Source: Pirellulales bacterium
GTDB taxonomy: Bacteria; Planctomycetota; Planctomycetia; Pirellulales; JAICIG01
NCBI GenBank assembly: GCA_040901675.1
Contig: JBBDYJ010000010.1
Location: 266,599 to 330,598, forward strand
Direction: 5' to 3'
DNA length: 64,000 nucleotides
Part shown: piece by piece, positions 48,285 to 57,820 of the stretch
Position numbering within the stretch: position 1 is the first letter of the stretch
Layout: each line of letters opens with the position of its first letter
Notes under the pieces: model-generated
What the model was told of the DNA's origin: nothing
Databases searched by the model: none
What the model saw: the letters and a program-made list of their open reading frames with translations, nothing else
Position numbers and translations under genes: made by a program

Positions 48285-50387
48285 CTAATCTTCGTCTCCC
48301 CCCTTCTCCCCTTCCCCCCTTCCCCCCTTCCCCCCTCGGCCCAGCGCCTTCTTGGCCTCGGCGGCCACGTTCTGAGGCGTGAAGCCAAAGTATCTCATCA
48401 ACTCGGCGCCGGGGGCCGACGCGCCAAACCGCGTCATCCCCACGAAACGGCCTCGCGGACCAAGATACTTCTGCCAACCCTGGATCACTCCGGCTTCGAC
48501 CGCCACGCGGGCCTCGACCTCGGCAGGCAGGACCGCTCGGCGATATGGCTCGTCTTGAGCTTCAAACAGCTCCCAAGACGGCATGCTGACCACGCGAGCC
48601 TGAATGCCCTCCTTGGCCAGCAGCTCGTGCGCCGCGACGCACAGCGAAACCTCGCTCCCGCTGGCCAGCAGCAACACGTCCGGCCGCCCGGAGGGCGCGT
48701 CGGCCAGCACGTACGCGCCGCGGGCCAGGCCGGCGGCCGCCGCATAGCGCGATCGATCGAACGTGGGCAGGTTCTGCCTCGTAAGCACCAGCGCCACGGG
48801 CCGGTCCGTCCAGGGCATGATGGTTCGCCAGGCCTCGGCCACCTCGTTGGCATCGGCGGGCCGCAGTGTGACCAGCCCGGGAATAGCCCGCACCGCCGCC
48901 AGATGCTCGACCGGCTGGTGCGTGGGTCCGTCCTCTCCCAGACCGATCGAATCGTGCGTCAGCACGTGAATCACCGGCAGCTTCATGATCGCGGCCAGCC
49001 GCAACGAGGGCCGCAGGTAGTCGGTGAACACAAAGAACGTCGCTCCGTAGGGACGCAGACCCGACAGGGCCATGCCGTTGACGGCGGCCGCCATGGCATG
49101 CTCGCGGATGCCGAAGTGCAGGTTGCGGCCGCCGTAGTTTCCAGCCGCGAAACTGTCGCTCTTGGCCAAAAGCGTCATGGTGGACGGGGCCAGGTCGGCC
49201 GATCCACCGATCAGCCATGGGATCCGTGCGGCCAGGGAATTGAGCACCTTGCCCGACGAGATGCGGCTGGCCATGCCCTTGGCGTCGGCGGCAAAGGTGG
49301 GGATCTCCGCGTCCCAGCCTTCGGGCAGCTCGCGGCGCTGGATCAGCCTCCACTGGCGGGCCAAATCGGGGTGCGCCCGTTCGTACTCGGCAAAGCGGGC
49401 CTGCCATGCTTCGTGCAGGCGGCGGCCACGCTGGCCCAGGCACTCCGCAAAGTGGGCCCGGACTTCAGCGGGGACCAGGAAAGTCTGGTCTTCCGGCCAT
49501 CCGTAGACGGCCTTGGTCCTTTTGACCTCGTCTTCGCCCAACGGCGCCCCGTGGGCCTCGTGCGTGTCCTGCTTATTGGGCGAGCCCCAAGCGATGTGGC
49601 TCTTGACGATGATCAGCGTGGGCGCATCGTTCGTGGCGGCGAAGCGCTCCAGGGCTTGGAGGATCGCCGGTACGTCGTTGGCGTCGTCGATCCGCAGCAC
49701 GTGCCAGCCGTAGCCGGCGAACCGCCGCGCCACGTCCTCGCTGAAGGCCAGCGAGGTCTGCCCCTCGATCGTGATCGAGTTGTCGTCGTAGATCCAGCAC
49801 AGGTTGGCCAGCTTCAAGTGGCCGGCCAGCGACGCCGCCTCCGACCCGACGCCTTCCATCAGGTCGCCGTCGCTTGCCAGCGCGTAGACGTTGTAGTCAA
49901 AGATCTCGAAGCCGGGCCGCTCGAAGTGTGCCGCCAGCCAGCGCTGGGCGATGGCCATGCCCAGGCTGTTGCCGATTCCCTGTCCCAAAGGCCCGGTGGT
50001 GGTCTCGATGCCGCTGGCTTCGCCGTGCTCCGGATGGCCCGCGCAGCGGCTGTGCAGTTGGCGAAACCGCCGGATGTGGTCCAGCGGGATGGCCAGTTCG
50101 TCGGTGGGCGTGCCGTCGGCCGCGGCCTGCTTGACGCCCGCCAGGTGCAGCGTGGCGTACAGCAGCATCGAGGCATGGCCGCAGCTAAGGATGAAGCGGT
50201 CTCGAACCGGCCAGTTGGGATCGGCCGGATCGTACGCCAGCACGTGGTTCCATAGCGCATAAGCGACCGGCGCCATGGCCATGGGCGTGCCCGGATGGCC
50301 GCTGTTGGCCGCCTGCACCGCGTCCATGGCCAGCGTGCGAATGGTATTGATCGAGAGCTGTTGGATGCCGGTCTGGGTGACGCTCAT
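48285..50387 (-). CDS. tkt: Transketolase
   Basis: SGHPG, RDRFILSCGH, TTGPLGQG, GDLMEG, FGIREH, GEDGPTHQP. Confidence 0.97.
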   Translation of the reverse strand: MSVTQTGIQQLSINTIRTLAMDAVQAANSGHPGTPMAMAPVAYALWNHVLAYDPADPNWPVRDRFILSCGHASMLLYATLHLAGVKQAAADGTPTDELAIPLDHIRRFRQLHSRCAGHPEHGEASGIETTTGPLGQGIGNSLGMAIAQRWLAAHFERPGFEIFDYNVYALASDGDLMEGVGSEAASLAGHLKLANLCWIYDDNSITIEGQTSLAFSEDVARRFAGYGWHVLRIDDANDVPAILQALERFAATNDAPTLIIVKSHIAWGSPNKQDTHEAHGAPLGEDEVKRTKAVYGWPEDQTFLVPAEVRAHFAECLGQRGRRLHEAWQARFAEYERAHPDLARQWRLIQRRELPEGWDAEIPTFAADAKGMASRISSGKVLNSLAARIPWLIGGSADLAPSTMTLLAKSDSFAAGNYGGRNLHFGIREHAMAAAVNGMALSGLRPYGATFFVFTDYLRPSLRLAAIMKLPVIHVLTHDSIGLGEDGPTHQPVEHLAAVRAIPGLVTLRPADANEVAEAWRTIMPWTDRPVALVLTRQNLPTFDRSRYAAAAGLARGAYVLADAPSGRPDVLLLASGSEVSLCVAAHELLAKEGIQARVVSMPSWELFEAQDEPYRRAVLPAEVEARVAVEAGVIQGWQKYLGPRGRFVGMTRFGASAPGAELMRYFGFTPQNVAAEAKKALGRGGKGGRGEGEKGGDED

Positions 50388-50568
50388 GCGGTGGCGGGAG
50401 AGGGGTGGACGGGGGACGCGGATTTAGAAGCCGAGTTTAAGGGCTAGCCGCCCGCGCCGTCAACGCGGGGCGGAAGGCGGATGAAGGCGGGGAGAAGGAG
50501 GAATAGGAGCCCGTCGCGGCATCCGCGCTCTGACCTCTGACGCCTGACTTCCGACGTCTGCGCCCCGG

Positions 50569-50599
50569 GGCAGACCCCATAAATGGGGTCACTACGAAC
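50569..50599 (-). repeat. REP-like unit, exact inverted copy of 48217-48247
   Basis: GGCAGACCCCATAAATGGGGTCACTACGAAC. Confidence 0.9.
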
Positions 50600-50615
50600 T
50601 CCTGGGGCACGCTAC

Positions 50616-50663
50616 GACTCGACTGAGCTCGCGACTCGACTGAGCTCGCCGAAGTCCGAAGTC
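50616..50663. repeat. 24-bp element nested in an identical copy of itself
   Basis: GACTCGACTGAGCTCGC[GACTCGACTGAGCTCGCCGAAGTC]CGAAGTC. Confidence 0.8.
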
Positions 50664-50737
50664 CGCTTTGCCGCCAGGCACCCGGCGCCCTTCCCTTCTG
50701 CCTTCGTCCTTCAGCCTTCTGCCTTCTCCGCTGCCTT

Positions 50738-51157
50738 CTACCTTCTGCCTTCCCCCTTCCTCAAGTACCCGGCGCTGGACTCGAAGTACTTGCGGCGGCG
50801 GCTGGCGACGGCGTCGGCCGCTTCGGCTTGCTGGCTCTTGAGATCGACCAGGTTGGCCTGGCAGCGGCGGCAGCCGATTGTGTCGAGATGGAAGCTGATA
50901 TAGCCGGCATGCTCCTCGGGCAACACGCCCAACAGGTAGCTGCCCAGCTCGGCCCGGGCGGGACAGGTCAAACGGTGGCGCCGCCAGATCTCACCCAGCG
51001 AGTGCACCCCGGCGTCGCGGCGACCGTTGATCGCCACCAGCCGCTGGGCAAGCTCCGGCGACTTGCGCATCGCATCCTCGATGCGGGCCATCGCCTCGGC
51101 CGGCAACGCTTCGTCGAGATACGCTTCCAGCTCGGCCAGGCTGAAGGGAGTCTTCAT
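50738..51157 (-). CDS. Soluble zinc-finger (ZAS-like) protein, putative anti-sigma or ECF partner
   Basis: Two ELxxYL repeats; CP...FHLDTIGCRRC; ATG 5 bp after the ECF stop, with GGAG upstream. Confidence 0.75.
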   Translation of the reverse strand: MKTPFSLAELEAYLDEALPAEAMARIEDAMRKSPELAQRLVAINGRRDAGVHSLGEIWRRHRLTCPARAELGSYLLGVLPEEHAGYISFHLDTIGCRRCQANLVDLKSQQAEAADAVASRRRKYFESSAGYLRKGEGRR

Positions 51158-51162
51158 GCTGC

Positions 51163-51807
51163 TTACTCTCCTTCGTACAGTTCCGGAAACACGTCCTCGG
51201 GCAGCCCCTGCTGCCGGACCGTGGCCCGCAGCCGCGAAAGGAAGTCGAACTTGTAATTCGCCACCGCCTGCTCCGAAATCGAAAGCCCCGCGGCCACGTC
51301 CTTGTTGGCCAGGCCGCGGACGAACAACAACTCGGCGCACTCGATCTTCTCCCACTCGGCCCGCTCGCGCCACGTGCCGAGCAGACTTGAAAGGGCGCCG
51401 GCCAGCGCCGCCTCTTCCAGATGCCGCCGCTCGCCGCTGCGGGCGATGCTGCTCGCCGGCCGCACCGAACCAGGGAGGTCCCATTCATCCTGGCTGCTGG
51501 CGCCGCTGGCCAGGGGCAGCGTGGGGCGGCGGCCTTCACGCCGCAGATGGTCGGTGAGCTTGTGCGCGGCGATGGAGAACAGGTAACTCTCCAACGGGCG
51601 GGCCACGTCGTAATTGGGCAGACTGGTCAGAAAGCCGATGAAGGTTTCCTGCACCACGTCCTCGCTGGCCGCCCGCCGCCGCAGCCGCGTCTCGACAAAG
51701 GCCAGCAGCCGTCCCTCAAAGCGGGCGATCAACTCGTTCCAGGCCTCCGCCTCGCCGGCCCGGATGCGCTGGATCAACAGGGCGTCGGATTCGCTGGTGG
51801 GCGGCAT
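51163..51807 (-). CDS. ECF sigma factor
   Basis: AWNELIARF, ASEDVVQETF, YLFSIAAHKLTDHLRR, NKDVAAGLSISEQAV. Confidence 0.88.
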   Translation of the reverse strand: MPPTSESDALLIQRIRAGEAEAWNELIARFEGRLLAFVETRLRRRAASEDVVQETFIGFLTSLPNYDVARPLESYLFSIAAHKLTDHLRREGRRPTLPLASGASSQDEWDLPGSVRPASSIARSGERRHLEEAALAGALSSLLGTWRERAEWEKIECAELLFVRGLANKDVAAGLSISEQAVANYKFDFLSRLRATVRQQGLPEDVFPELYEGE

Positions 51808-51846
51808 GGATGTCCGAGATCGAGCCAGGGCCGTGGGGGGCCCGAC

Positions 51847-52755
51847 TCAGACACCCGCCAGGCCACGAACCATCAGGGCGGCAACGACTGCCTGGGTTAG
51901 TATCATCGCCGCGGCCGCGAACCGCAAGCGTCTGCTGTAATAACCGCGCGAGAGCGTGTCGAGCTTCAGGTAGCCGAAAAAAGTGGCCAGCACTCCCAGC
52001 AGCAGACCGGCGCCGCTGGCCGTGTAGCCCAGCCGGCGGGCACGAAGCTGCTGCGCGTAAAGCTCCTCGATCTCCTGGGTCACCCGCAAGTCAAACCTCA
52101 AAAGCCCGTGTAGCGTGTGCATGGTACTAGGCACGCCGAACGGATCGTACCTGTGCTCGATCCATTCCTGATTGAGGACTTGTAGCCGGTGGACATCTGC
52201 CGCCGATAAGCGGACCGGCGCCGGTGCCGGCCGCTCCACGCCATACAACCGCCGGACATAAACCTCGGCCGCATCTTGCAGTGCGGCGCCTAGGGCTTCG
52301 TTGCACTCGCCGACTGAGGAATAAGGGCCGACCTGGATCCGCATCAAAAACGCGTCGCCGTCCCTGGTCTCCGTGGAGTCCACCCAGGCGGGTCGCGGTT
52401 GCTGTTCCGCTTCCGCCTGGACTGCCGGAGCGGTCCCTTCCGACTGCTCCGTCGCTTGCTGGATGGCGATCTCCTCCCCTTCCAGCTCGATCCCGCCCGG
52501 TAGTCGGGACGGTCGTTCGGCGATCCTCCCCAACGATTCAACGTGGACTTGTGCAGGGCCATGCGACGCGGTGCTCCGCAGCAGGTACAGCCCAGCCAAC
52601 AGAAACAGGCCCATGAGTAAGCCCAGCAGCGCCAGGCCGGCCGCCAGCAGCGGCCGCCGAATGCCCGACAGGAGCAACAGCAGAAAGCCAACGGCCGCAA
52701 TCAACAGCAGTATCTTCAGCGGAGCAAATATCACAACAGGTGCTTCGACGCTCAT
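51847..52755 (-). CDS. Hypothetical membrane protein (N- and C-terminal TMs around a soluble domain)
   Basis: 302-aa ORF within the operon; hydrophobic termini. Confidence 0.7.
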   Translation of the reverse strand: MSVEAPVVIFAPLKILLLIAAVGFLLLLLSGIRRPLLAAGLALLGLLMGLFLLAGLYLLRSTASHGPAQVHVESLGRIAERPSRLPGGIELEGEEIAIQQATEQSEGTAPAVQAEAEQQPRPAWVDSTETRDGDAFLMRIQVGPYSSVGECNEALGAALQDAAEVYVRRLYGVERPAPAPVRLSAADVHRLQVLNQEWIEHRYDPFGVPSTMHTLHGLLRFDLRVTQEIEELYAQQLRARRLGYTASGAGLLLGVLATFFGYLKLDTLSRGYYSRRLRFAAAAMILTQAVVAALMVRGLAGV

Positions 52756-52767
52756 GATCGGTGCCTG

Positions 52768-54822
52768 CTATTCGGTGATGTCGGTAAAACGCCGCTCGGA
52801 CGGCTGCCAGGGGCTGGCCAGTTGCACGGCGACCGACATCGTGGTTGCCACCATCACGCCCCAAGGCTGAGGAAAAGGCCAGAAGAAGAACAGCAGCCAC
52901 GACCACAAGGCCGCGATGAACGTGGCACCCAGGCTCAGTCGGACCGGACGTCCCGGATCCGCTTGCCGCCACCAGCGCAGCGCCACAAGCAGGAAGGCAA
53001 AGTAAGCCATGTGTCCCATCAAGCTGGGGTGGCCGTGCAACTCGTCGTAGAAATTCGGAAAGTTGATGATCGGTGCATTCATGGATCTCGGCGTGCCCCA
53101 GCCGTAGTCGAGCTGGACCATCAGCAGATCGCTCGCGCCCCAGGCCACCGCGCCCAGACCAAGCCCCAGCACCATCAGCAGGAATCGACGTAACGCCGCA
53201 TCGCCGGATGCTCCCTCCCACAACTTCGCCGGGACCAGAACGGCCCAGGCCCCAGCCGTGCTGACCAGCGTCAACCAGGCGAACTGCTCCGGACTCGGAG
53301 CCGCCCCGCGCAGAATGACCATGATCACGCACATCGCGGCCGCGACTCCAGCCGACAACAGCAACGATCCCAACAGCTCCTGCACACGCTGGCGGGCGGG
53401 CTTGGGCGGGGCAGCAGCGAACCTCCTGGGGTAGGTCCGGACATAGGGATTGGTCGATGCGTGGCGCAGCGGAGCCTGTTGAGCGGACGCTGGGGCGATC
53501 GGCGCAGTCGGCGGCCCGGCTGCCGCCTGCGGTTCGGCTGGGGCAGCAGGTCGATGGACCTCGTGCTGATTCCTTCCGGCATAGTGCGGAAATCGCCGAG
53601 CGTGCCCACCCTTGGCCAGCACGATCGACCTCAACCCAAAATACGCGGCGTAGAAGAAGGCCGTCGTCATCGCCAGCGGTATCAGGGCCAGGTTGAGGTT
53701 GAACAGCACCACAATGGCCAGCACGACGATTGCGATTTTTGAAGGCGTGTTGATTTGGCCGCTCTTCCAAGCCCGCGTGAAGCCCGCCCATCCCTGCCGC
53801 ACGGCCCGCCAGATCGGTTCTTCTTCGACCAGCTCAACCGACGACACCACCTCGGCCGCCGGCCGCCCGGCGGGCCGGCGGGATTGCGGTTGCTGTTCCT
53901 CGGGCGGCGAGGCGACGGGCGGGACCCTCGGAGCCGGGCCGCGCGCGCCGGCAAAGGCCGACGGAGCAGCGCTGGCGCCCGCCGGCGCCGCCGGCAGCAT
54001 GGCCAACAGTTCGCTCACCGATTGGATCCGCCCGTCCGGATTCTTGGTCAGCGTGCGGGCAATGGCCGCCTGAAACGGCGGCTCCAAGCCGCTCAGGTCC
54101 GGCTCGGCGGTCAGGTGCTTCATCAGCACTTCGCCCACGCTCTCGCCGTCGAACGGCACCCGCCCGGTGAGCATCTCGTAGAGGATGATGCCCAAGGCAT
54201 AAATGTCGATCTCTTTGCCGTAGCGGCCGTTGCCGATCTCCGGTGCCATGTAATGCACCGTGCCCACGCTCTCCGTCTGCCCGCTGCGGCGGCTGGCCGA
54301 AATGAACTTCGACAACCCGTAGTCGCCGATCTTGACCAGGCCTTCGTCGCAAAAAATGTTGCCCGGCTTCAGATCGCGGTGCACGATGCCCCGGTCGTGC
54401 AGGTACGTTACGCCGGCGGCCACGCCATGGAACCAGGAGAGAGCCTCGTCGCGCGGGATGCCGGCCGCATGCCTCGAGATGGCCTCTTCGAGACACTCGC
54501 CGGCCACGTACTCCATCACCACCCAGCTATCGCCCAGGTCGTCCTGCTTGATGTCGAACAGGCCCAGCAGGTTCGGGTGCTTGAGGTTCAGGCACTGGGT
54601 CACGCCGCGCAGTTCCACGTCGAGGTTGCGGCGGATCAGCTTGAGCGCCACCTCCTTGCCGGCGTCGCTCGACGCGTAATACACCTCCCCGAAACCGCCC
54701 CGGCCGATCCCCCGCTTGATCGTGTACCCCTCCAGCGGCCGGGAGCCGCTGGGATAAGTGAACTTCAAGGCCGCGTTCCGCGGAGGAGGTGCTGCTTCGG
54801 CCTGTGTTGCGTGGAGGTTCAT
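52768..54822 (-). CDS. Ser/Thr protein kinase with multi-pass membrane C-terminus
   Basis: [33 protein letters not shown]; several C-terminal hydrophobic helices. Confidence 0.9.
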   Translation of the reverse strand: MNLHATQAEAAPPPRNAALKFTYPSGSRPLEGYTIKRGIGRGGFGEVYYASSDAGKEVALKLIRRNLDVELRGVTQCLNLKHPNLLGLFDIKQDDLGDSWVVMEYVAGECLEEAISRHAAGIPRDEALSWFHGVAAGVTYLHDRGIVHRDLKPGNIFCDEGLVKIGDYGLSKFISASRRSGQTESVGTVHYMAPEIGNGRYGKEIDIYALGIILYEMLTGRVPFDGESVGEVLMKHLTAEPDLSGLEPPFQAAIARTLTKNPDGRIQSVSELLAMLPAAPAGASAAPSAFAGARGPAPRVPPVASPPEEQQPQSRRPAGRPAAEVVSSVELVEEEPIWRAVRQGWAGFTRAWKSGQINTPSKIAIVVLAIVVLFNLNLALIPLAMTTAFFYAAYFGLRSIVLAKGGHARRFPHYAGRNQHEVHRPAAPAEPQAAAGPPTAPIAPASAQQAPLRHASTNPYVRTYPRRFAAAPPKPARQRVQELLGSLLLSAGVAAAMCVIMVILRGAAPSPEQFAWLTLVSTAGAWAVLVPAKLWEGASGDAALRRFLLMVLGLGLGAVAWGASDLLMVQLDYGWGTPRSMNAPIINFPNFYDELHGHPSLMGHMAYFAFLLVALRWWRQADPGRPVRLSLGATFIAALWSWLLFFFWPFPQPWGVMVATTMSVAVQLASPWQPSERRFTDITE

Positions 54823-54903
54823 GGCTTCGTCGGTGCCCTTGTCTAGACTAACGGCTGCGAGTTCCATCTGTCCAGCTTCTCCACCAACTCGGTTGGGGCC
54901 CAC

Positions 54904-56388
54904 TTAGGCCACATCTTCGATGCTGAGCGAAAAATCGTCCCCCACGACCTGCGAGCGGCGCCCCAACGCGGCCCGGTCGGCCACCGCCACGCCATCAACT
55001 TCGAAATTTCCGGCCTTGCGGCATAGCAAGGCATCCGCCTGCCGGAACAAGACCACCTCGCTCGACCAGTCGCGGCAGACCACGTGGCTGTTGGCCGCGG
55101 GGCCCAGCACGCACGACTCGGCCAGCAACAGCACGGCATCGGCCGAGGGCTGGGTGCGATGATGGCTGACAAATTCCAGCCGCGCCGTGGCCGACAGCGG
55201 GTGCGGCCGGCGGAACCGCAGCCGCACGTTATTACCCAGCTCGATCAGGCTGCCTTCGGCCAGCGACGTCACCGCGGTAAGCGGGCGCCCGTCGAGGCGC
55301 ACCGGCCGCAACGGGTCGATCAGGTACGATTCGCCGTCGCGGCGAATCCTGGCGTGGCGCTGCGATACGTCGCCCAGGATCGGCACATCGACCCGGCTGC
55401 CGGCCACCGGCTGGCCCAGGATCACTTCGTCCGAGGGGCAGACCAGGTAGCCCCCGACCCCGTCGACCCAAAGCAGGAATCGCGACAGCGAGTGGACGCT
55501 CGGCGGCATGTGTACTATGTGATTGCTATGGCGGCCATTGGCGGGAATCGGCCGCGGCGGTCGGCCCGCGACGGACAATCGATTCAAACCGGCCCGTCCA
55601 GCCGGCTCATCGTGAGCTGCCGGATCATGGGCCCGAGCGGCGCCAACCGACCGGGCGTTGGTCCCCCCCGCACGCATCGAGTCGGCGAGCCGCATCCCCA
55701 CGGCGGCCCAGGCCCGGCGGCGGGCGTCGCGGGCCGGCTCATGCTCCGGACACAAGTCGAGCATGGCGTCGGCGTCCGTAAGCACCTCGGTCCAGTTGCC
55801 GGCCGCCAGCGCCTGGTGCAACTGCTCGCCGAGGCGGCGGATTTCCGCTGCCTTCACCCTACACGCTTTGGCCAGTCCGTCCAGCGTCGGCAAGGTGGGT
55901 GCCAAGGCGGCGGCGGCCGCCAGTTGCTGTTCGGCCGTGGCAAAGTCGCCCCGCCGGCACAGCCGTTGTGCGGCGAGGACGTTGGCCGCCGCGTCCCGCA
56001 GCCGGCACACTGCGTGCGTGGCCGACCCGCGACGTGCCAGGTCGTCCAGCCGAGCGAGGGCCGCCGACGGTTCGCCGGCCGCCAGGTACCCCTCCGCCTC
56101 GGCCACACGCCTGGCCACAAAGGCTTGCCGCAGCTCGGCCACCGATTCAGCTTCGGCTCCCAGGGCCTGGGCCATGTCGAGGTCGCGCCAGCCCGCGGCG
56201 CTTTGGCCGCCCGCCACGCGCCGCTGGGCTCGCTCGACCATCTGGCCGGCCACTTTGGCCATCAACTGCCGGGCGGGCAGGAAGTCGCGGACCTGGCTGT
56301 CGCGCAACAACCGCCCGGCCTCTTCCAACCGTCCGGCCCGCAGGGCCTCGTCGGCCTCCCTGACTTTCAGTCGCCACGGCTGGAACAT
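54904..56388 (-). CDS. TPR-like helical repeats + FHA-like domain(s)
   Basis: Ala-rich helical repeats; VILGQ...DVSQRHARIRRDGESYLI FHA-like motif. Confidence 0.75.
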   Translation of the reverse strand: MFQPWRLKVREADEALRAGRLEEAGRLLRDSQVRDFLPARQLMAKVAGQMVERAQRRVAGGQSAAGWRDLDMAQALGAEAESVAELRQAFVARRVAEAEGYLAAGEPSAALARLDDLARRGSATHAVCRLRDAAANVLAAQRLCRRGDFATAEQQLAAAAALAPTLPTLDGLAKACRVKAAEIRRLGEQLHQALAAGNWTEVLTDADAMLDLCPEHEPARDARRRAWAAVGMRLADSMRAGGTNARSVGAARAHDPAAHDEPAGRAGLNRLSVAGRPPRPIPANGRHSNHIVHMPPSVHSLSRFLLWVDGVGGYLVCPSDEVILGQPVAGSRVDVPILGDVSQRHARIRRDGESYLIDPLRPVRLDGRPLTAVTSLAEGSLIELGNNVRLRFRRPHPLSATARLEFVSHHRTQPSADAVLLLAESCVLGPAANSHVVCRDWSSEVVLFRQADALLCRKAGNFEVDGVAVADRAALGRRSQVVGDDFSLSIEDVA

Positions 56389-56418
56389 CACGATCACCTG
56401 GAACTTCGAAAGTACACC

Positions 56419-56515
56419 GTTGCCGAATTCGCCTGGCCGTAGCCGAATTCGCCAGAATTCGGGCCGGGGGGGCATCCTGCCCCCTTCGCCTCACGGTAGC
56501 CGGCCAGAATTCGGG
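56419..56515 (+). repeat. GTAG-tagged REP-like hairpin with two partial copies
   Basis: GTAG-CCGAATTC-GCCA-GAATTCGG at 56439-56462; partial copies at about 56419 and 56496. Confidence 0.7.
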
Positions 56516-56569
56516 CTGCCCCTCCTGCCCGTTCCAGCCAGCAACTAGCTACTCGCAACCCGCAACCAA

Positions 56570-57370
56570 CTAACTCCCGACCTTGGCAACAACCTGCCGC
56601 GGCTGGTCGCCGGAGAAGTAGTCGGCCACTTCCTCGACGATGTTGTCGGCGGCCGGCTCGCTCAGCGGGATCTCATCGTGAAAATAACCTTCCGCGTTGA
56701 CCAGCTTCTCGGCCACCTCCAGGCGAGTGCGCAGATTGCCGATCAGCTCCTTGGCCCGGCTGAGCTGGCTGTCGTCGAACCGGTAATCGCTGGTGGTCTG
56801 GGCGGCCTCGACCATCTTCAGGCGTGCTTCGAGGTGCTCGACGTCCACTTCAAGCTGCCGCTTCACGGCCAGCATGTTTTCCAGCTTCTGGCGGGCCGCT
56901 TCCAGGCTGCGCTGACGGGCATTGTGCATGTCGCGCAGGCTGGCCACCGTGGCATCGTTGGTTTTGAACCGCTCGAAGCGATTCGACAGGTCGATCTTGA
57001 CCTGGTCGGACGAGTACCTGCGTCCCGCGTAGTGGAACACGTTCTGGCCGGTCGAGAGGTCGTCCTTGAGCCGCATTAGCTCGGACCTGTCCTTGGCCAG
57101 CCGCTCCTCGGCGTCGCTGATTTGCTTTTCGAGGCGGCCGACCTCGACTTCCTCCTTGGCGATCACGTGCATGTTCTTGCGGATGTCGGGCACCAGGTCG
57201 CGGACCATGCGGCGTGCCCGATCGATCTCAAAGTCGATCGGCACGCTGTCCTTGACCGAGTCTTTGAACCAGCCGGCCGTCGTGCCGACATAGCTGGCCG
57301 CCTCGCGGCCGAAGACCACTGCTCCGATGAGGCCGGCGGCCACGCCGCCGATTACCAACTTCTTAATCAT
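56570..57370 (-). CDS. N-terminally anchored coiled-coil protein, PspA/IM30-like
   Basis: AGGAGG RBS; hydrophobic N-helix; long heptad helices with PspA-like layout. Confidence 0.7.
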   Translation of the reverse strand: MIKKLVIGGVAAGLIGAVVFGREAASYVGTTAGWFKDSVKDSVPIDFEIDRARRMVRDLVPDIRKNMHVIAKEEVEVGRLEKQISDAEERLAKDRSELMRLKDDLSTGQNVFHYAGRRYSSDQVKIDLSNRFERFKTNDATVASLRDMHNARQRSLEAARQKLENMLAVKRQLEVDVEHLEARLKMVEAAQTTSDYRFDDSQLSRAKELIGNLRTRLEVAEKLVNAEGYFHDEIPLSEPAADNIVEEVADYFSGDQPRQVVAKVGS

Positions 57371-57820
57371 GGCTAACCCTCCTTCTCGAGATGACCCGCC
57401 GACGCGTTGGGCCGATGTTTTGGAAAATGCCACCGGTGGGAACGACCGGATCGCCCCCGACGAGTTTTATTCGCCCCCCTCGGCGGAATATTTGGCGAAT
57501 TGCTCAAGTTTTTTTGGGGGAGCGAGGGCGGATGGTCTGAGGTGGGGGGCTCTCGCCCGGCTGGAGGGCGGATTCACCAGGAATTCGAGCCCGAAGGCTC
57601 GGCAGGCTACAGGCGATGGTCGCGGCAAACGCAGGGAGGCAAAGCACTTAGCGCGGCTCACGTGCTGGACCAGCGGGGACAGAGCACGACAATCAACCTG
57701 GTGCCACTGCCTGGAGGACGCGGCGTTGCCGAAGGCGGAAGAAGCAGTGCCCGTCCCGACTTACAATACGAGGCGGCGACACCACTTTCCTTGAGCCGCT
57801 AACGCCCGGCGTGCCGCACA

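Noticed and set aside
50738..51484. 248-aa version of the zinc-finger ORF
   Set aside because: Its first 109 codons overlap the ECF gene out of frame; ATG 51157 has an RBS and fits the operon spacing.
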